Assembly (NCBI GenBank): GCA_015069465.1
Contig: SVIO01000006.1
Location: 24,618 to 88,617 of the forward strand
DNA length: 64,000 nt
Origin: Clostridiales bacterium
GTDB lineage: Bacteria; Bacillota; Clostridia; Christensenellales; Borkfalkiaceae
Direction of reading: 5' to 3'
A program made the translations under genes and the position numbers. The notes below the pieces were generated by a model, which made no database searches, was not told where the DNA came from, and worked only from the letters and a program-made list of their open reading frames with translations. This document shows positions 1 to 10,656 of the stretch, in pieces; position 1 is the first letter of the stretch; each line of letters begins with the position of its first letter.

Positions 1-144
1 TGCCGAACTAATTATCTTTTCTGCAAGGATTTCTCTGCCATTTTTTACAATAGCAACAGCCGTTTCATCACAAGATGTTTCTATACCCATTATTATTGGG
101 TTTTCTTTTATTTGTATTTCGTTTATCTTTTCAAAATATGTCAT
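1..144 (-). CDS. tsaD: tRNA N6-adenosine threonylcarbamoyltransferase TsaD, N-terminal fragment (gene runs off the window start)
   Basis: Manual minus-strand translation from ATG at 144 gives [57 protein letters not shown] is the hallmark N-terminal TsaD/Kae1 motif. The ATG overlaps the prfB stop (ATGA). Too short to appear in the ORF track. Confidence 0.75.
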   Translation of the reverse strand, partial: MTYFEKINEIQIKENPIIMGIETSCDETAVAIVKNGREILAEKIISSA

Positions 145-1242
145 TGTGATTTCTTCAAATAATCGTTAATAAATGCTTGTATATTGCCGTTCATAACCGA
201 CCCCACATCGCTATTTTCAAAGCCTGTACGATGGTCTTTTACGAGTGTATATGGGCAAAATACATAACTACGGATTTGACTACCCCACTCTATCTTTTTA
301 ATCTCGCCCTTAATATCTTGGTCACGCTCTAGGCGTTCTGCTTCTCTTTTTTCAATGAGTTTACTAATAAGCATGCGCATTGCCATTTCTTTATTTTGGG
401 TTTGGCTACGCTCGTTTTGACAAGCAACGACAATACCTGTTGGCAAGTGGGTAATTCTTATTGCCGAATCGGTTTTATTAACGTGTTGCCCCCCTGCGCC
501 CGATGCACGATAGGTGTCAATTTTTAGTTCTTCAGGGCTAACTTTGATTTCCCCTTCATCTTCAATTTCTGGCATAACCTCTAGCGAAGCAAATGAAGTA
601 TGCCTTCTTTTATTTGCATCAAATGGCGAAATTCTTACTAACCTATGCACGCCTTTTTCAGCCTTTAAGTATCCATAAGCACAGTCACCTTCAATCTTAA
701 ACGAAACCGATTTTATGCCAGCGCCATCGCCTTCTAAACGGTCAAGTTCGGTTAGTTTATAGCCACTTTTTTCAGCATAGTACATATACATTCTATAAAG
801 CATTTCCGTCCAGTCGCATGCTTCTGTGCCACCAGCACCAGCATGCAATGTCAAAAGTGCATTAAGTTTGTCATACTTGCCCCTAAGAAGTGAAGCAAGG
901 CGCATTTCTTCAATAGTTTTTTCCACTGAAGAAAGTTCGTCTTCTAACTCTTCTAAAAGACTTTCATCGTTTTCTTCATTTGCAAGTTCGATAATTTCAA
1001 GCGCATCGTTTATAGTTTTTTCAGCCTTATCAAAAACCGAAACTTTATTTGTTAAACTTGCAATATCCTTAGATATTTGCTGAGATTTCACTAGGTCGGT
1101 ATAAACTTCTGGAAGTTCAGAAAGTCTTGTCTTTTCTTCAAGTTCTTTTCTTAAACTATCTAAGTCAAAGAGAGTGTCCCGTTTCCAAAAGGATACCTTT
1201 TAAATCTTTAATTCTTGCTATATATTCTTCTGCTTTTAACAT
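141..1242 (-). CDS. prfB: peptide chain release factor 2, expressed through a programmed +1 ribosomal frameshift
   Basis: Track ORF 141..1091 has the RF2 hallmarks SPF (VRISPFDAN) and GGQ ([11 protein letters not shown]). ATG at 1242 opens a 25-codon frame, [25 protein letters not shown], that ends at an in-frame TGA (1165..1167) in the context CTT TGA C. A +1 shift reads [32 protein letters not shown]..., which joins the main ORF. Confidence 0.93.
1164..1170 (-). other. RF2 autoregulatory +1 frameshift site (CTT TGA C)
   Basis: Minus-strand heptamer CTTTGAC, identical to the canonical prfB shift site. A purine-rich GGGA lies a few nt upstream. Confidence 0.9.
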
Positions 1243-1281
1243 AATAAACCCTTTATGATGTTTTTTTAATTTTGTTAAGAA

Positions 1282-3969
1282 TTATTTGTTTTGACCACAG
1301 CAGTTTTTATATTTTTTGCCAGAGCCACAAGGACATGGGTCATTTCTACCAATGTCTTGTTTAGCAGTCTTTTTAGGCATTACAGGGCCTGATGCTTGAT
1401 TTGTTTGTAAATTCTCTTTATTTTCTTGTCTTTGTGGCATTCTTTGAAGTTCAGCCTTTAATAGCAAGGTTACTGTGTCATCTTGGATAGATGCAGTTAA
1501 GTCTTCAAACATTTCAAAGCCTTCTTTCTTGTATTCAACAACAGGGTCAACATTGCCATAACTTCTTAGGCTTATACCCTTTCTAAGTTGGTCCATAGAG
1601 TCGATATGGTCTATCCATTTTGTGTCTATGTTGCGAAGCAATACCATTCTTTCAATCTCTGTAAACTCGATACCTTGTTCTTTGTATCTTGCAATTTTAT
1701 CTTCGTACACATTGATTGTTTCTTCTGTAATTTTAGAAAGTAAATATTCATAATCCCAGTTATTAGCACGGTCCTTTGTTACAAAGCCACTATCTTTTGG
1801 CAACAATTTCATCTCGATAGCATTGTTTAATGCTTCTAAATCCCAAGTTTCAGGCTTGTTTTCGTTATTGATAACCGAACCAACAACATACCTTACAAAG
1901 TCTGGGATAAGGTTTAGAATATCTTTATGGATATCATCATCTTTAATAACTTTCATCCTTTCAGCATACATAACTTCACGCTGTTTGTTCATAACGTCAT
2001 CGTATTCTAACACGTGTTTTCTTATGCCAAAGTTTTTGCCTTCAATAGTTCTTTGTGCGTTTTCAATACTTCTTGAAAGAATTTTTGATTGCATTGGTTG
2101 GTTTTCATCAACCTTAAAGAATTCGTAAATTCTTTGCAACCTATCCCCACCGAAACGCTTTGCCAAATCATCTTCTAAAGAAATAAAGAAAATTGAAGAA
2201 CCAGCATCGCCTTGACGACCACTTCTACCACGAAGTTGGTTATCGATACGGCGAGATTCGTGGCGTTCTGTACCTAAAATGTGCAAACCACCTGCTTCTA
2301 CTACCTTAATCTTTTCTTCATCAGTTTGAGCCTTAAGGTTTTGATAAATTTCGTTGTAATGGTCTCTAACAGCCTTTACATCTTCTGGAATATTTGTGAT
2401 AAATGAAGTTGCAAGTTCAATTACATCTTCTTTAACGCCTTCTTCTCTTAGTTTTCTCTTTGCCAAGAACTCTGGGTTACCACCAAGCAAAATATCCGTA
2501 CCACGACCAGCCATGTTGGTTGCAATGGTAACAGCACCAAGCCTACCTGCTTGCGCTACGATATCTGCTTCTCTTGCATGGTTTTTAGCATTTAATACAT
2601 TGTGCTTTATGCCATTTCTAACTAAAAGTTTAGAAATTTCTTCTGATTTTTCAACGGTAACAGTACCAACAAGAACAGGTTGGCCTTTTTTGTGGCGCAA
2701 TATAATTTCTTTTATAATCGCCCTATTTTTGCCGTTTGTAGTTTTGTAAATTACATCTGGCATGTCAATTCTTGCAACAGGTTTGTTTGTTGGTATTTCC
2801 AAAACATCTAAACCATAAATTGCTCTAAACTCTTCTTCTTCGCTCTTAGCAGTACCTGTCATACCAGATAACTTTTTGTAAAGACGGAAATAGTTTTGGA
2901 AGGTAATTGTTGCATAAGTTTTATTTTCGTTTCTAATTTTAACACTTTCTTTTGCTTCAATTGCTTGGTGTAAGCCATCAGAATATCTTCTGCCTATCAT
3001 AAGACGACCTGTAAATTCGTCAACGATAATAACTTCGCCGTCAGAAACAACATAGTCGTTATCACGCTTAAAGATATAGTTAGCCTTTAATGCCTGTTGA
3101 ATATGATGAGATAGGCTAGCGTTTTCTATATCCGAAAAACTGTTAAGTCCAAAGAAACTTTCGGCTTTTGTTGCACCAGATTCGGTTATTTGAACGCTCT
3201 TTTCCTTTATGTCTATAGTAAAGTCTTTGTCTAAAACGAGAGTTTTAACAAATCTGTTTGCCGTGATATATTTGTCGCTTGATTCTTGACCTTTACCAGA
3301 AATAATAAGTGGAGTTCTTGCTTCATCAATTAGAATTGAGTCAACTTCATCGACAATTGCAAAGTTTAATACTCTTTGAACCATTTGCTCTGTTCTAGTT
3401 TTAAGATTATCTCTCAAATAGTCAAAGCCCATTTCGTTGTTTGTACCATAAGTAATATCGCAAGCATAAGCCTTTTTCTTATCTTCATCTTCCATACCTG
3501 TTACAGCAACGCCAACGGTTAAGCCTAAGAATTTATATACTTTACCCATCCACTCAGCGTCACGGCTTGCAAGATAGTCGTTGACTGTTACGATATGAAC
3601 GCCGTCACCTGTTAAGGCATTTAGATATGCTGGTAATGTTGCCACCAAAGTTTTACCTTCACCCGTTCTCATTTCAGCAACTCTGCCTTGGTGCAAGCAA
3701 ATACCACCGATAATTTGAACTTTATAGTGTTTCATATGAAGAACACGGAACGCTGCTTCTCTAACCACAGCAAAAGCATCGCACAAAATGTCATCTAAGG
3801 TTTCGCCTGCTTTTAATCTACCACGCAAAAATTCTGTTTGCTCTTTTAATTCTTCATCCGTAAACTTTGCATATTTTGGTTCTAATTCGATAACCTTATC
3901 AGCAAGCCTATCTAATTTTTTTAAGTTTCGGCGACCTTCACCACCGAGGATATATCTAAATAATCCCAT
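1282..3969 (-). CDS. secA: preprotein translocase ATPase SecA
   Basis: 895 aa with DEAD-motor motifs ([25 protein letters not shown]) and the C-terminal zinc motif [22 protein letters not shown] upstream. Confidence 0.97.
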   Translation of the reverse strand: MGLFRYILGGEGRRNLKKLDRLADKVIELEPKYAKFTDEELKEQTEFLRGRLKAGETLDDILCDAFAVVREAAFRVLHMKHYKVQIIGGICLHQGRVAEMRTGEGKTLVATLPAYLNALTGDGVHIVTVNDYLASRDAEWMGKVYKFLGLTVGVAVTGMEDEDKKKAYACDITYGTNNEMGFDYLRDNLKTRTEQMVQRVLNFAIVDEVDSILIDEARTPLIISGKGQESSDKYITANRFVKTLVLDKDFTIDIKEKSVQITESGATKAESFFGLNSFSDIENASLSHHIQQALKANYIFKRDNDYVVSDGEVIIVDEFTGRLMIGRRYSDGLHQAIEAKESVKIRNENKTYATITFQNYFRLYKKLSGMTGTAKSEEEEFRAIYGLDVLEIPTNKPVARIDMPDVIYKTTNGKNRAIIKEIILRHKKGQPVLVGTVTVEKSEEISKLLVRNGIKHNVLNAKNHAREADIVAQAGRLGAVTIATNMAGRGTDILLGGNPEFLAKRKLREEGVKEDVIELATSFITNIPEDVKAVRDHYNEIYQNLKAQTDEEKIKVVEAGGLHILGTERHESRRIDNQLRGRSGRQGDAGSSIFFISLEDDLAKRFGGDRLQRIYEFFKVDENQPMQSKILSRSIENAQRTIEGKNFGIRKHVLEYDDVMNKQREVMYAERMKVIKDDDIHKDILNLIPDFVRYVVGSVINNENKPETWDLEALNNAIEMKLLPKDSGFVTKDRANNWDYEYLLSKITEETINVYEDKIARYKEQGIEFTEIERMVLLRNIDTKWIDHIDSMDQLRKGISLRSYGNVDPVVEYKKEGFEMFEDLTASIQDDTVTLLLKAELQRMPQRQENKENLQTNQASGPVMPKKTAKQDIGRNDPCPCGSGKKYKNCCGQNK

Positions 3970-3988
3970 ACATTTCTCCTAAACAAAA

Positions 3989-4720
3989 TTAATATTTATC
4001 TATTGGTGGCGTGCTTGCCACCGTTATTAAATTTACTATTTTAGCGCCAGCCTTTTTGAGCCTGCTAGCCACTGCTTGTGCCGTTGCACCAGTAGTTGAA
4101 ACGTCATCTACAATTAAAATATTTTTATCAACCACCGATTTCTTGTCCACAACTCTAAAAGCACCATCTAAGTTCTTTAATCTTTCGGCCCTTCCTAAAG
4201 TTGCTTGCCTTTCGGTGTCTTTAACTTTCTTCAAACAATCTAATACCCTAACATTTATTCTTTCGGATAACTTTTCGGCTAGCATTTTAGACTGATTATA
4301 GCCACGCTTTTCTAACGCCTTTTCGGTCATAGGAATATACACTAAGTAATCAGCATTAAAGTAGTTTTGAAAGTAAACTAAAGATAATTGTTTTGCAAAA
4401 TAGTCAATAATGTATATTGCTCTATTGTATTTAGCATCTTTTATCAACTTGCTTATTGGATAGTCATAACTGAAAGCACTTCTGCACATATCTAAATCTA
4501 CCAAAACATTTTTACAAGTTGAACAATAATTTTCAAAGGCTATAACCTTTCTTCCACAATGCGCACAAATTGGACCGTCATTATAAGGAAGTGACTTTTT
4601 ACACTCATCGCAAAAGTCTTGTCCTTTTTCAAACACTTCTTTTCCACAAACCAAACATTTCCAGTGTGGATTATAAAAGTATTTGTTAAAAAAATTCTTA
4701 AAAAACTGCTTGATACTCAT
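3989..4720 (-). CDS. comFC: ComF family protein (ComFC-like phosphoribosyltransferase with N-terminal zinc finger)
   Basis: CxxC pairs (CLVCGKEV, CDECKK, CAHCGRK, CSTCK) and the PRTase motif ILIVDDVSTTGAT. I trimmed the start to ATG 4720 (MSIKQFF...) because the longer track ORF overlaps the metK 3' end. Confidence 0.8.
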   Translation of the reverse strand: MSIKQFFKNFFNKYFYNPHWKCLVCGKEVFEKGQDFCDECKKSLPYNDGPICAHCGRKVIAFENYCSTCKNVLVDLDMCRSAFSYDYPISKLIKDAKYNRAIYIIDYFAKQLSLVYFQNYFNADYLVYIPMTEKALEKRGYNQSKMLAEKLSERINVRVLDCLKKVKDTERQATLGRAERLKNLDGAFRVVDKKSVVDKNILIVDDVSTTGATAQAVASRLKKAGAKIVNLITVASTPPIDKY

Positions 4721-4725
4721 AAAAA

Positions 4726-5898
4726 CTATAAGTATTTCTTTAAGTCGCAAGCCTTGTCGGTCTTTTCCCAACTGAACCCTTCTTTGCCAAAGTGTCCATA
4801 ACTTGCCGTTGCCGAATATATAGGCTTTCTTAAATCTAGTTTTTCTATAATCGCCGATGGTCTTAAATCAAACTCTTTTTGAACTATTTCGGCAAGTTCT
4901 TGGTCTGAAAGTTTGCCCGTTCCAAATGTATTAACCAAAACGGAAACAGGTTTTGCCACACCGATTGCATATGCAAGTTGAATTTGACACTCACTTGCAA
5001 GCCCAGATGCAACTATGTTTTTACATACATATCTTGCCATATAGGTTGCAGAACGGTCAACTTTAGTTGGGTCTTTACCACTAAACGCCCCACCACCATG
5101 TGGACATTTTCCACCATAGGTGTCAACGATAATCTTTCTTCCTGTAAGTCCAGAGTCACCTGTTGGGCCACCAACTTCAAATCTGCCCGTTGGATTGATG
5201 AAGTATTTTGTGTCTTCATCTAAATATTCTTTTGGCAAAACTTTATCTATAACAAATTCTTTTAAGTCTTTTCTAAGTTGTTCTGTTGAAATGGTGTCAT
5301 CGTGTTGAGAAGATAATACAACAGTGTCTATTCTTTTAACCTTGCCATTAAAATATTCAACTGTAACTTGTCCCTTTCCGTCAGGTCTTAAATACTTTAA
5401 TGTGCCGTCTTTTCTAACTTGTTCTAGTTTTTGGCAAAGTTTATGAGATAGGCTAATCGGTAATGGCATAAGTTCATCGGTTTCTGAACAAGCATAGCCG
5501 AACATAATGCCTTGGTCACCTGCACCTAACTTATCAAAGTCGTCGCCACCTTGCTTTGCTTCAAAAGAATTGTCAACGCCAAGTGCAATGTCTGGGCTTT
5601 GTTTGTTGAGTTTTATCAGTATTTCCACGTCATCAGCACTAAAACCTGTTGACTTATCAGTATAGCCAATGCGAGCAATAACATCTCTTGCAACCTTTTT
5701 AACATCTACAGTTGCGTTAGAAGTTATTTCGCCCATTATTAAAACGAATTGAGTTGTTGCCGAACATTCGCACGCAACACGAGAAGTTGGGTCACCACTT
5801 AAGTATGCATCTAAAATAGCATCTGAAATGTTGTCACAAACCTTATCTGGATGTCCTGCTGTTACACTTTCACTTGTAAAAAAATTTTTCATAATCAT
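4726..5898 (-). CDS. metK: S-adenosylmethionine synthetase
   Basis: 390 aa. [28 protein letters not shown] and [16 protein letters not shown] are classical MetK motifs. Confidence 0.97.
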   Translation of the reverse strand: MIMKNFFTSESVTAGHPDKVCDNISDAILDAYLSGDPTSRVACECSATTQFVLIMGEITSNATVDVKKVARDVIARIGYTDKSTGFSADDVEILIKLNKQSPDIALGVDNSFEAKQGGDDFDKLGAGDQGIMFGYACSETDELMPLPISLSHKLCQKLEQVRKDGTLKYLRPDGKGQVTVEYFNGKVKRIDTVVLSSQHDDTISTEQLRKDLKEFVIDKVLPKEYLDEDTKYFINPTGRFEVGGPTGDSGLTGRKIIVDTYGGKCPHGGGAFSGKDPTKVDRSATYMARYVCKNIVASGLASECQIQLAYAIGVAKPVSVLVNTFGTGKLSDQELAEIVQKEFDLRPSAIIEKLDLRKPIYSATASYGHFGKEGFSWEKTDKACDLKKYL

Positions 5899-5934
5899 AT
5901 TCTTCCGTTAAGTACAATTTTTCACTATTAGATT

Positions 5935-5963
5935 ATTATACACAAAATTTATATTAGTGTCAA
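5935..5963 (-). promoter_or_regulatory. metK promoter, exact TTGACA-N17-TATAAT
   Basis: The minus strand reads TTGACActaatataaattttgtgTATAAT. It would give a ~30-nt 5'UTR ending in a GGAAG RBS. Confidence 0.55.
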
Positions 5964-6074
5964 CTTTATATTTATATTTATTTTAAATAAGGCACTTTTC
6001 TTTTGACAAAATTCCTTATATTTTTTGCAATTTTTAGTTAACTTTTAGCCCTGTTTTCAAAGGGTAAATTTTTA

Positions 6075-6090
6075 TTGACTTTAGTGTCAA
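6075..6090. promoter_or_regulatory. 16-bp palindrome TTGACTTTAGTGTCAA, candidate TetR operator O1
   Basis: TTGAC-N6-GTCAA inverted repeat. It is part of a 21-bp direct repeat that recurs at 6166..6186. Confidence 0.6.
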
Positions 6091-6128
6091 TTTTTTAATA
6101 TTTTTTTCAAAATTTTACCCTATATTAC

Positions 6129-6157
6129 TTGACTTGTTTTTGGCAAAATATTATAAT
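6129..6157 (+). promoter_or_regulatory. promoter of the tetR-ABC operon (TTGACT-N17-TATAAT)
   Basis: TTGACT at 6129..6134, a 17-nt spacer, and TATAAT at 6152..6157, about 50 nt upstream of the tetR ATG. Confidence 0.6.
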
Positions 6158-6165
6158 AAATCTTG

Positions 6166-6181
6166 TTGACTTTAGTGTCAA
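6166..6181. promoter_or_regulatory. 16-bp palindrome TTGACTTTAGTGTCAA, candidate TetR operator O2
   Basis: Identical to O1. It sits immediately downstream of the -10 element, around the predicted transcription start. Confidence 0.65.
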
Positions 6182-6209
6182 TTTTTATGTAAAAAAACGA
6201 AGGTAATTT

Positions 6210-6821
6210 ATGCAAAAAGAAAAGGCTTTAAACTGCCATGCAGACATGCGAAAAAACGACCTTATTATCAGCGCATTGAAAATGTTTTGTAAAAAAGGTT
6301 ATCACTCTACAACAATAAATGATATTGTAAAGAAAGCAAAATGTAGTCACGGACTTTTTTATCATTATTTTAAGAATAAAAAAGAACTTTTTGATGCCGT
6401 GTGCGAGACTCGTGGCAAACATATGATGTATTTTTTAGACAAGGTATTAGAACAAGACTCTAATTTTGTTGACAAACTTGTTCGCCTTACAGAATATACT
6501 TTTAACAATATGAAAAACGACCAAATATTCGCTTATAGATATTACTTTTTTGTTTCTAGAATATTTGAAAAGGCAGAAAACAACATTATGCCACCAAAAG
6601 ATAAAGTTCCCCCACACTTAAGAATGAGCGAGTTCTTTGAAAAAGGAATAGAAAGTGGCGATTTCCACGATAGATATTCGCCAAAAGATTGCGCTAAAAT
6701 CTATAATTCTATAGTGCAAGGGGCAACACTTAGTTTCATTTTGTGTCCTAAAGAATTAAAAAGGTCTTTCACCTTTCCATCAATCCAAATTATAACCGAT
6801 ATATTTAAAAAGGAGAAATAA
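6210..6821 (+). CDS. TetR/AcrR family transcriptional regulator
   Basis: The N-terminal HTH (FCKKGYHSTTINDIVKKAKCSHGLFYHYFKNKKELF) is typical TetR_N. It is the first gene of the operon and lies behind the palindromic operators. Confidence 0.9.
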   Translation: MQKEKALNCHADMRKNDLIISALKMFCKKGYHSTTINDIVKKAKCSHGLFYHYFKNKKELFDAVCETRGKHMMYFLDKVLEQDSNFVDKLVRLTEYTFNNMKNDQIFAYRYYFFVSRIFEKAENNIMPPKDKVPPHLRMSEFFEKGIESGDFHDRYSPKDCAKIYNSIVQGATLSFILCPKELKRSFTFPSIQIITDIFKKEK

Positions 6822-6822
6822 C

Positions 6823-8700
6823 ATGACAAAACAAAAAAAGGCTAAAACTAACAATAGTTTTTTTGGCGCAGTAAAAACATTGTCTCGCTCTATTAGAGAG
6901 TATAAAAAGCCATCACTTCTCGCCCCACTATTTGTAGCAATGGAAGTTGTGTTAGAGTGCTTAATTCCTTGGATAATGAGCCTTTTGCTAGAAGCAATAA
7001 ACTTTATTTCTGGAAATCCTGATGGAGCAAACCCATCATTGCTTGTAAAGAAAATTTTATTCTTTTTGTCAAGTGACGGAAAGCCAGAACTTCTTTCAAC
7101 GATTTTGTTTTTCGGCGCAATTTTAATCGTTTGTGCTTTTTTATCGCTAATTTGTGGATTTTTATCAGGAAGATTTTGCGCAATTGCATCAAGTGGTTTT
7201 GCAAAGAATTTAAGAAAGGATATGTATTACAAGATACAAGATTTTTCATTTTCTAATATAGATAAATTCTCATCTTCAAGTTTAGTAACAAGAATGACAA
7301 CCGACGTAACCAACGTTGAAATGAGTTATATGATGATTATTAGAACTGCTGTTCGCTCGCCTTTTATGCTTATTTTCTCACTCGTCATGTCTTTTGTTAT
7401 CAATGCAAGAATGGCACTCATTTTCCTTTGTACAACACCTATTTTAGCAGTAGGTCTTGCTCTCATTATGAGAAAGGCTATTCCTTTCTTTACTAAGATT
7501 TTCAAAAAATACGATAAACTTAACGAATCGGTTGAAGAAAACATTAAAGGTATGCGCGTTGTTAAATCTTACGTTAGAGAAGACTACGAAAAAGAAAAAT
7601 TTAACAAGGCGTCAAACAATGTTAAAAACGACTTTACTAGAGCAGAAAAGATTATCGCTCTTAATACCCCACTTATGAACTTTTGCGTATATGGTGGCTT
7701 AATTGCTATATACATAGTTGGTTCTATGCTTATTATCAATTCGAAAAACACTCTCTTAAAATGGACAGAACTTCAAAGTTTTATGTCATATTCATTTCAA
7801 ATGCTTATGAGTTTGATGATGCTTTCGATGATTTTTGTTACCCTTATCATCTCTACAGCAAGTGCAAAGCGTATTGCTGAAGTTTTAAATGAGCAAAGCA
7901 CCATCACATCAAAAGAAAATGCAAAAACCGAGATTAAAGATGGAAGCATATCTTTTGAAAATGTAAACTTTAGATATAATGGCAACTCTCACTATGCCCT
8001 AACCGATATAAACTTAAAAATTGAAAGTGGTCAAACGATTGGTATTATCGGCTCTACAGGTAGCAGTAAAACCACCCTTATCAGCCTTATCCCAAGATTA
8101 TATGACGTGGAAAGTGGATGTGTAAAAGTAGGTGGCGTTGACGTTAGAGATTATGATATTGAAAGTTTAAGAAATTCCGTTTCTGTTGTTTTGCAAAAAA
8201 ACGTTTTATTCTCAGGCAGTATTCGTGACAACATGAAATGGGGCGATAGCAATGCAACTGATGAAGAAATTATAAAAGCGTTAGAACTTTCTCAAATAGG
8301 CAATTTTGAACTTGATAAATATATCGAGCAAGGGGGCGCTAACGTTTCTGGTGGACAAAAACAAAGACTTTGTATTGCAAGAGCACTCCTTAAAAAGCCT
8401 AAAATCTTAATTCTTGACGACTCTACAAGTGCTGTCGACACAAAGACAGATGCTCTTATTAGAAAGTCATTGAAAGAATATATCCCTGAAACCACAAAGA
8501 TTATCATTGCTCAGCGTATTGCATCAATACAAGAAGCAGACGTGATAGTTATCATTGACGGTGGAAGAATCATTGCTTGTGGCTCGCACGATGAACTTAT
8601 TAGAAATAACGAAATTTACCAAGAACTTTACTACTCACAAAACAATGCCGAGTCTAACAAAGTTAAACAAATGGTACAAAACGAAAAGGCAGGTAAATAA
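6823..8700 (+). CDS. ABC exporter, fused permease/ATPase (heterodimer partner 1)
   Basis: N-terminal 6-TM domain, Walker A GSTGSSKTT, signature VSGGQKQR and Walker B ILILDDSTSAVD. Confidence 0.92.
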   Translation: MTKQKKAKTNNSFFGAVKTLSRSIREYKKPSLLAPLFVAMEVVLECLIPWIMSLLLEAINFISGNPDGANPSLLVKKILFFLSSDGKPELLSTILFFGAILIVCAFLSLICGFLSGRFCAIASSGFAKNLRKDMYYKIQDFSFSNIDKFSSSSLVTRMTTDVTNVEMSYMMIIRTAVRSPFMLIFSLVMSFVINARMALIFLCTTPILAVGLALIMRKAIPFFTKIFKKYDKLNESVEENIKGMRVVKSYVREDYEKEKFNKASNNVKNDFTRAEKIIALNTPLMNFCVYGGLIAIYIVGSMLIINSKNTLLKWTELQSFMSYSFQMLMSLMMLSMIFVTLIISTASAKRIAEVLNEQSTITSKENAKTEIKDGSISFENVNFRYNGNSHYALTDINLKIESGQTIGIIGSTGSSKTTLISLIPRLYDVESGCVKVGGVDVRDYDIESLRNSVSVVLQKNVLFSGSIRDNMKWGDSNATDEEIIKALELSQIGNFELDKYIEQGGANVSGGQKQRLCIARALLKKPKILILDDSTSAVDTKTDALIRKSLKEYIPETTKIIIAQRIASIQEADVIVIIDGGRIIACGSHDELIRNNEIYQELYYSQNNAESNKVKQMVQNEKAGK

Positions 8701-8702
8701 TT

Positions 8703-10655
8703 ATGGCAAGAGGATTTAATATGCCAAGAGGCAGAGGCAAACTCAAGGGTGGACCAAGACCTAAAGCAAAAAAAGGCACACTTAAAAGATTATTAACACT
8801 ATTATTTACTAAAAATAAAGCACACCTAATCGGTGTGGGAATATGCCTTCTTTTAGCAGGTATTACAGGCGTTGCAAACTCTATATTTTTACAAGAGATT
8901 CTGTTGCTTATCGAAAGGGGTATTGCAACAAGTTTAGGTGAAGTTTGGACGGGACTTGTTACCATATTTATTACAATGGGTGTTGTTTATTCAACTTGCA
9001 TTATTTGTAACTATCTACAAACGAGACTTATGGCTGTTGTAACACAAAAATTCTTACACCAAATGAGAACTAGTGTTTTTGACAAGATGCAATCTTTACC
9101 TATAAGATATTTTGACACCCACCTTACAGGTGACATTATGAGTTCTTATACTAACGATACCGATGCTTTAAGGCAACTAGTTTCGCAAAGTATCCCCCAC
9201 CTATTCACATCTGCAATAAGCATAATTACACTTCTTGTTATTATGTTTAGCAAAAGTTTATGGCTTACTCTTGTAATTTTTATGGGCGTTATCGCAATGA
9301 CTTTTGTAACAAAGATTATAGGTGGCAATAGCGCTAAATATTTTATCAAACAACAAATTTCTTTAGGCGAAGAAGAAGGCTTTATTCAAGAAATGATTCA
9401 AGGTCAAAAAGTAGTTAAAGTTTTCTGCCACGAAGAACAAGCAAAAGTAGATTTTGACAAGAAGAACGACCAATTATGCTCGGATGCTACAAACGCACAC
9501 AAGTTTGCCAATATTTTAATGCCTATTATGGGTAATATCGGCAATATTTTATATGTTTTACTTGCATTTATAGGTGGACTTTTAGTTGCCCTAAATGTGC
9601 CAAACATTTCACTTTCTGGCATTGAAAGAGATGCGACAAAATTCCTTATTATAATCATTTCATTTTTGCCAATAAGCAAACAATTTACAGGCAACGTTAA
9701 CCAATGCTCTCAACAAATAAACAGCATTGTTATGGGGCTTGCTGGTGCGTCTAGATTATTTGACCTTTTAGACCAAGAGCCAGAAACCGATGAAGGCTAT
9801 GTAACCCTTGTACCTTGCAAAATCGATGATAATGGCAATATAACCGAGTGCACCGAAAGAACGGGACATTGGGCGTGGAAACACCCACACAAGGCAGACG
9901 GCTCTATCACTTATACCCAACTCAAGGGCGATATTCAACTATTTGATGTTGATTTTGGTTACAACACAGATAAAATTGTTTTGCATAATATCAGTCTTTA
10001 TGCTCACCCAGGTCAAAAAATTGCTTTCGTTGGTTCAACAGGTGCAGGAAAAACAACTATCACAAACCTTTTGAACCGTTTTTATGACATTGCAGACGGC
10101 AAAATTAGATATGACGGCATAAATATTAACAAGATTAAAAAAGCCGATTTAAGACGCTCTTTAGGCATTGTTTTGCAAGATACAAACCTATTCACAGGCA
10201 CAGTTATGGATAACATTAGATATGGTAGATTAGATGCTACTGACGAAGAATGTATAAAGGCGGCAAAACTCGCTTATGCTGATGACTTTATATCTAAACT
10301 TCCAGATGGATATAACACTATGCTAACCACCGATGGCTCTAACCTTTCTCAAGGTCAAAGGCAACTTTTATCTATTGCCCGTGCTGCCGTTAAAGATGCA
10401 CCTGTTATGATTCTTGACGAAGCAACTTCTTCTATCGATACTAGAACTGAAGCACTCGTTCAAAAAGGCACGGATATGCTTATGCAAGGCAGAACTGTTT
10501 TTGTTATTGCACATAGACTTTCAACCGTTCAAAACTCCGATGTTATCATGGTGCTTGAAAACGGACACATAATAGAGCGTGGTTCTCACCAAGAACTTAT
10601 TGATAAAAAAGGTAAATATTATCAATTATACACAGGAGCATTTGAACTTGAGTAA
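8703..10655 (+). CDS. ABC exporter, fused permease/ATPase (heterodimer partner 2)
   Basis: Walker A GSTGAGKTT, signature LSQGQRQL and Walker B MILDEATSSID. It starts 2 nt after the stop of partner 1. Confidence 0.92.
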   Translation: MARGFNMPRGRGKLKGGPRPKAKKGTLKRLLTLLFTKNKAHLIGVGICLLLAGITGVANSIFLQEILLLIERGIATSLGEVWTGLVTIFITMGVVYSTCIICNYLQTRLMAVVTQKFLHQMRTSVFDKMQSLPIRYFDTHLTGDIMSSYTNDTDALRQLVSQSIPHLFTSAISIITLLVIMFSKSLWLTLVIFMGVIAMTFVTKIIGGNSAKYFIKQQISLGEEEGFIQEMIQGQKVVKVFCHEEQAKVDFDKKNDQLCSDATNAHKFANILMPIMGNIGNILYVLLAFIGGLLVALNVPNISLSGIERDATKFLIIIISFLPISKQFTGNVNQCSQQINSIVMGLAGASRLFDLLDQEPETDEGYVTLVPCKIDDNGNITECTERTGHWAWKHPHKADGSITYTQLKGDIQLFDVDFGYNTDKIVLHNISLYAHPGQKIAFVGSTGAGKTTITNLLNRFYDIADGKIRYDGININKIKKADLRRSLGIVLQDTNLFTGTVMDNIRYGRLDATDEECIKAAKLAYADDFISKLPDGYNTMLTTDGSNLSQGQRQLLSIARAAVKDAPVMILDEATSSIDTRTEALVQKGTDMLMQGRTVFVIAHRLSTVQNSDVIMVLENGHIIERGSHQELIDKKGKYYQLYTGAFELE

Positions 10656-10656
10656 T

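Noticed and set aside
5899-6209. Possible SAM-I (S-box) riboswitch upstream of metK
   Set aside because: The consensus promoter leaves only a ~30-nt UTR, and I saw no S-box-like conserved helices or terminator. The rest of the intergenic region belongs to the divergent tetR promoter and operators.
10579-10656. Long N-terminal extensions in the ORF track (rSAM 10579, comFC 4771, potD 19372, rpmD 33689, rplR 34601, rplV 39229, pgk 58439, infA 29993, ferritin-like 11589)
   Set aside because: Each extension overlaps the upstream gene or lacks an RBS. An internal ATG/GTG with a good Shine-Dalgarno sequence reproduces the canonical N-terminus of the family.
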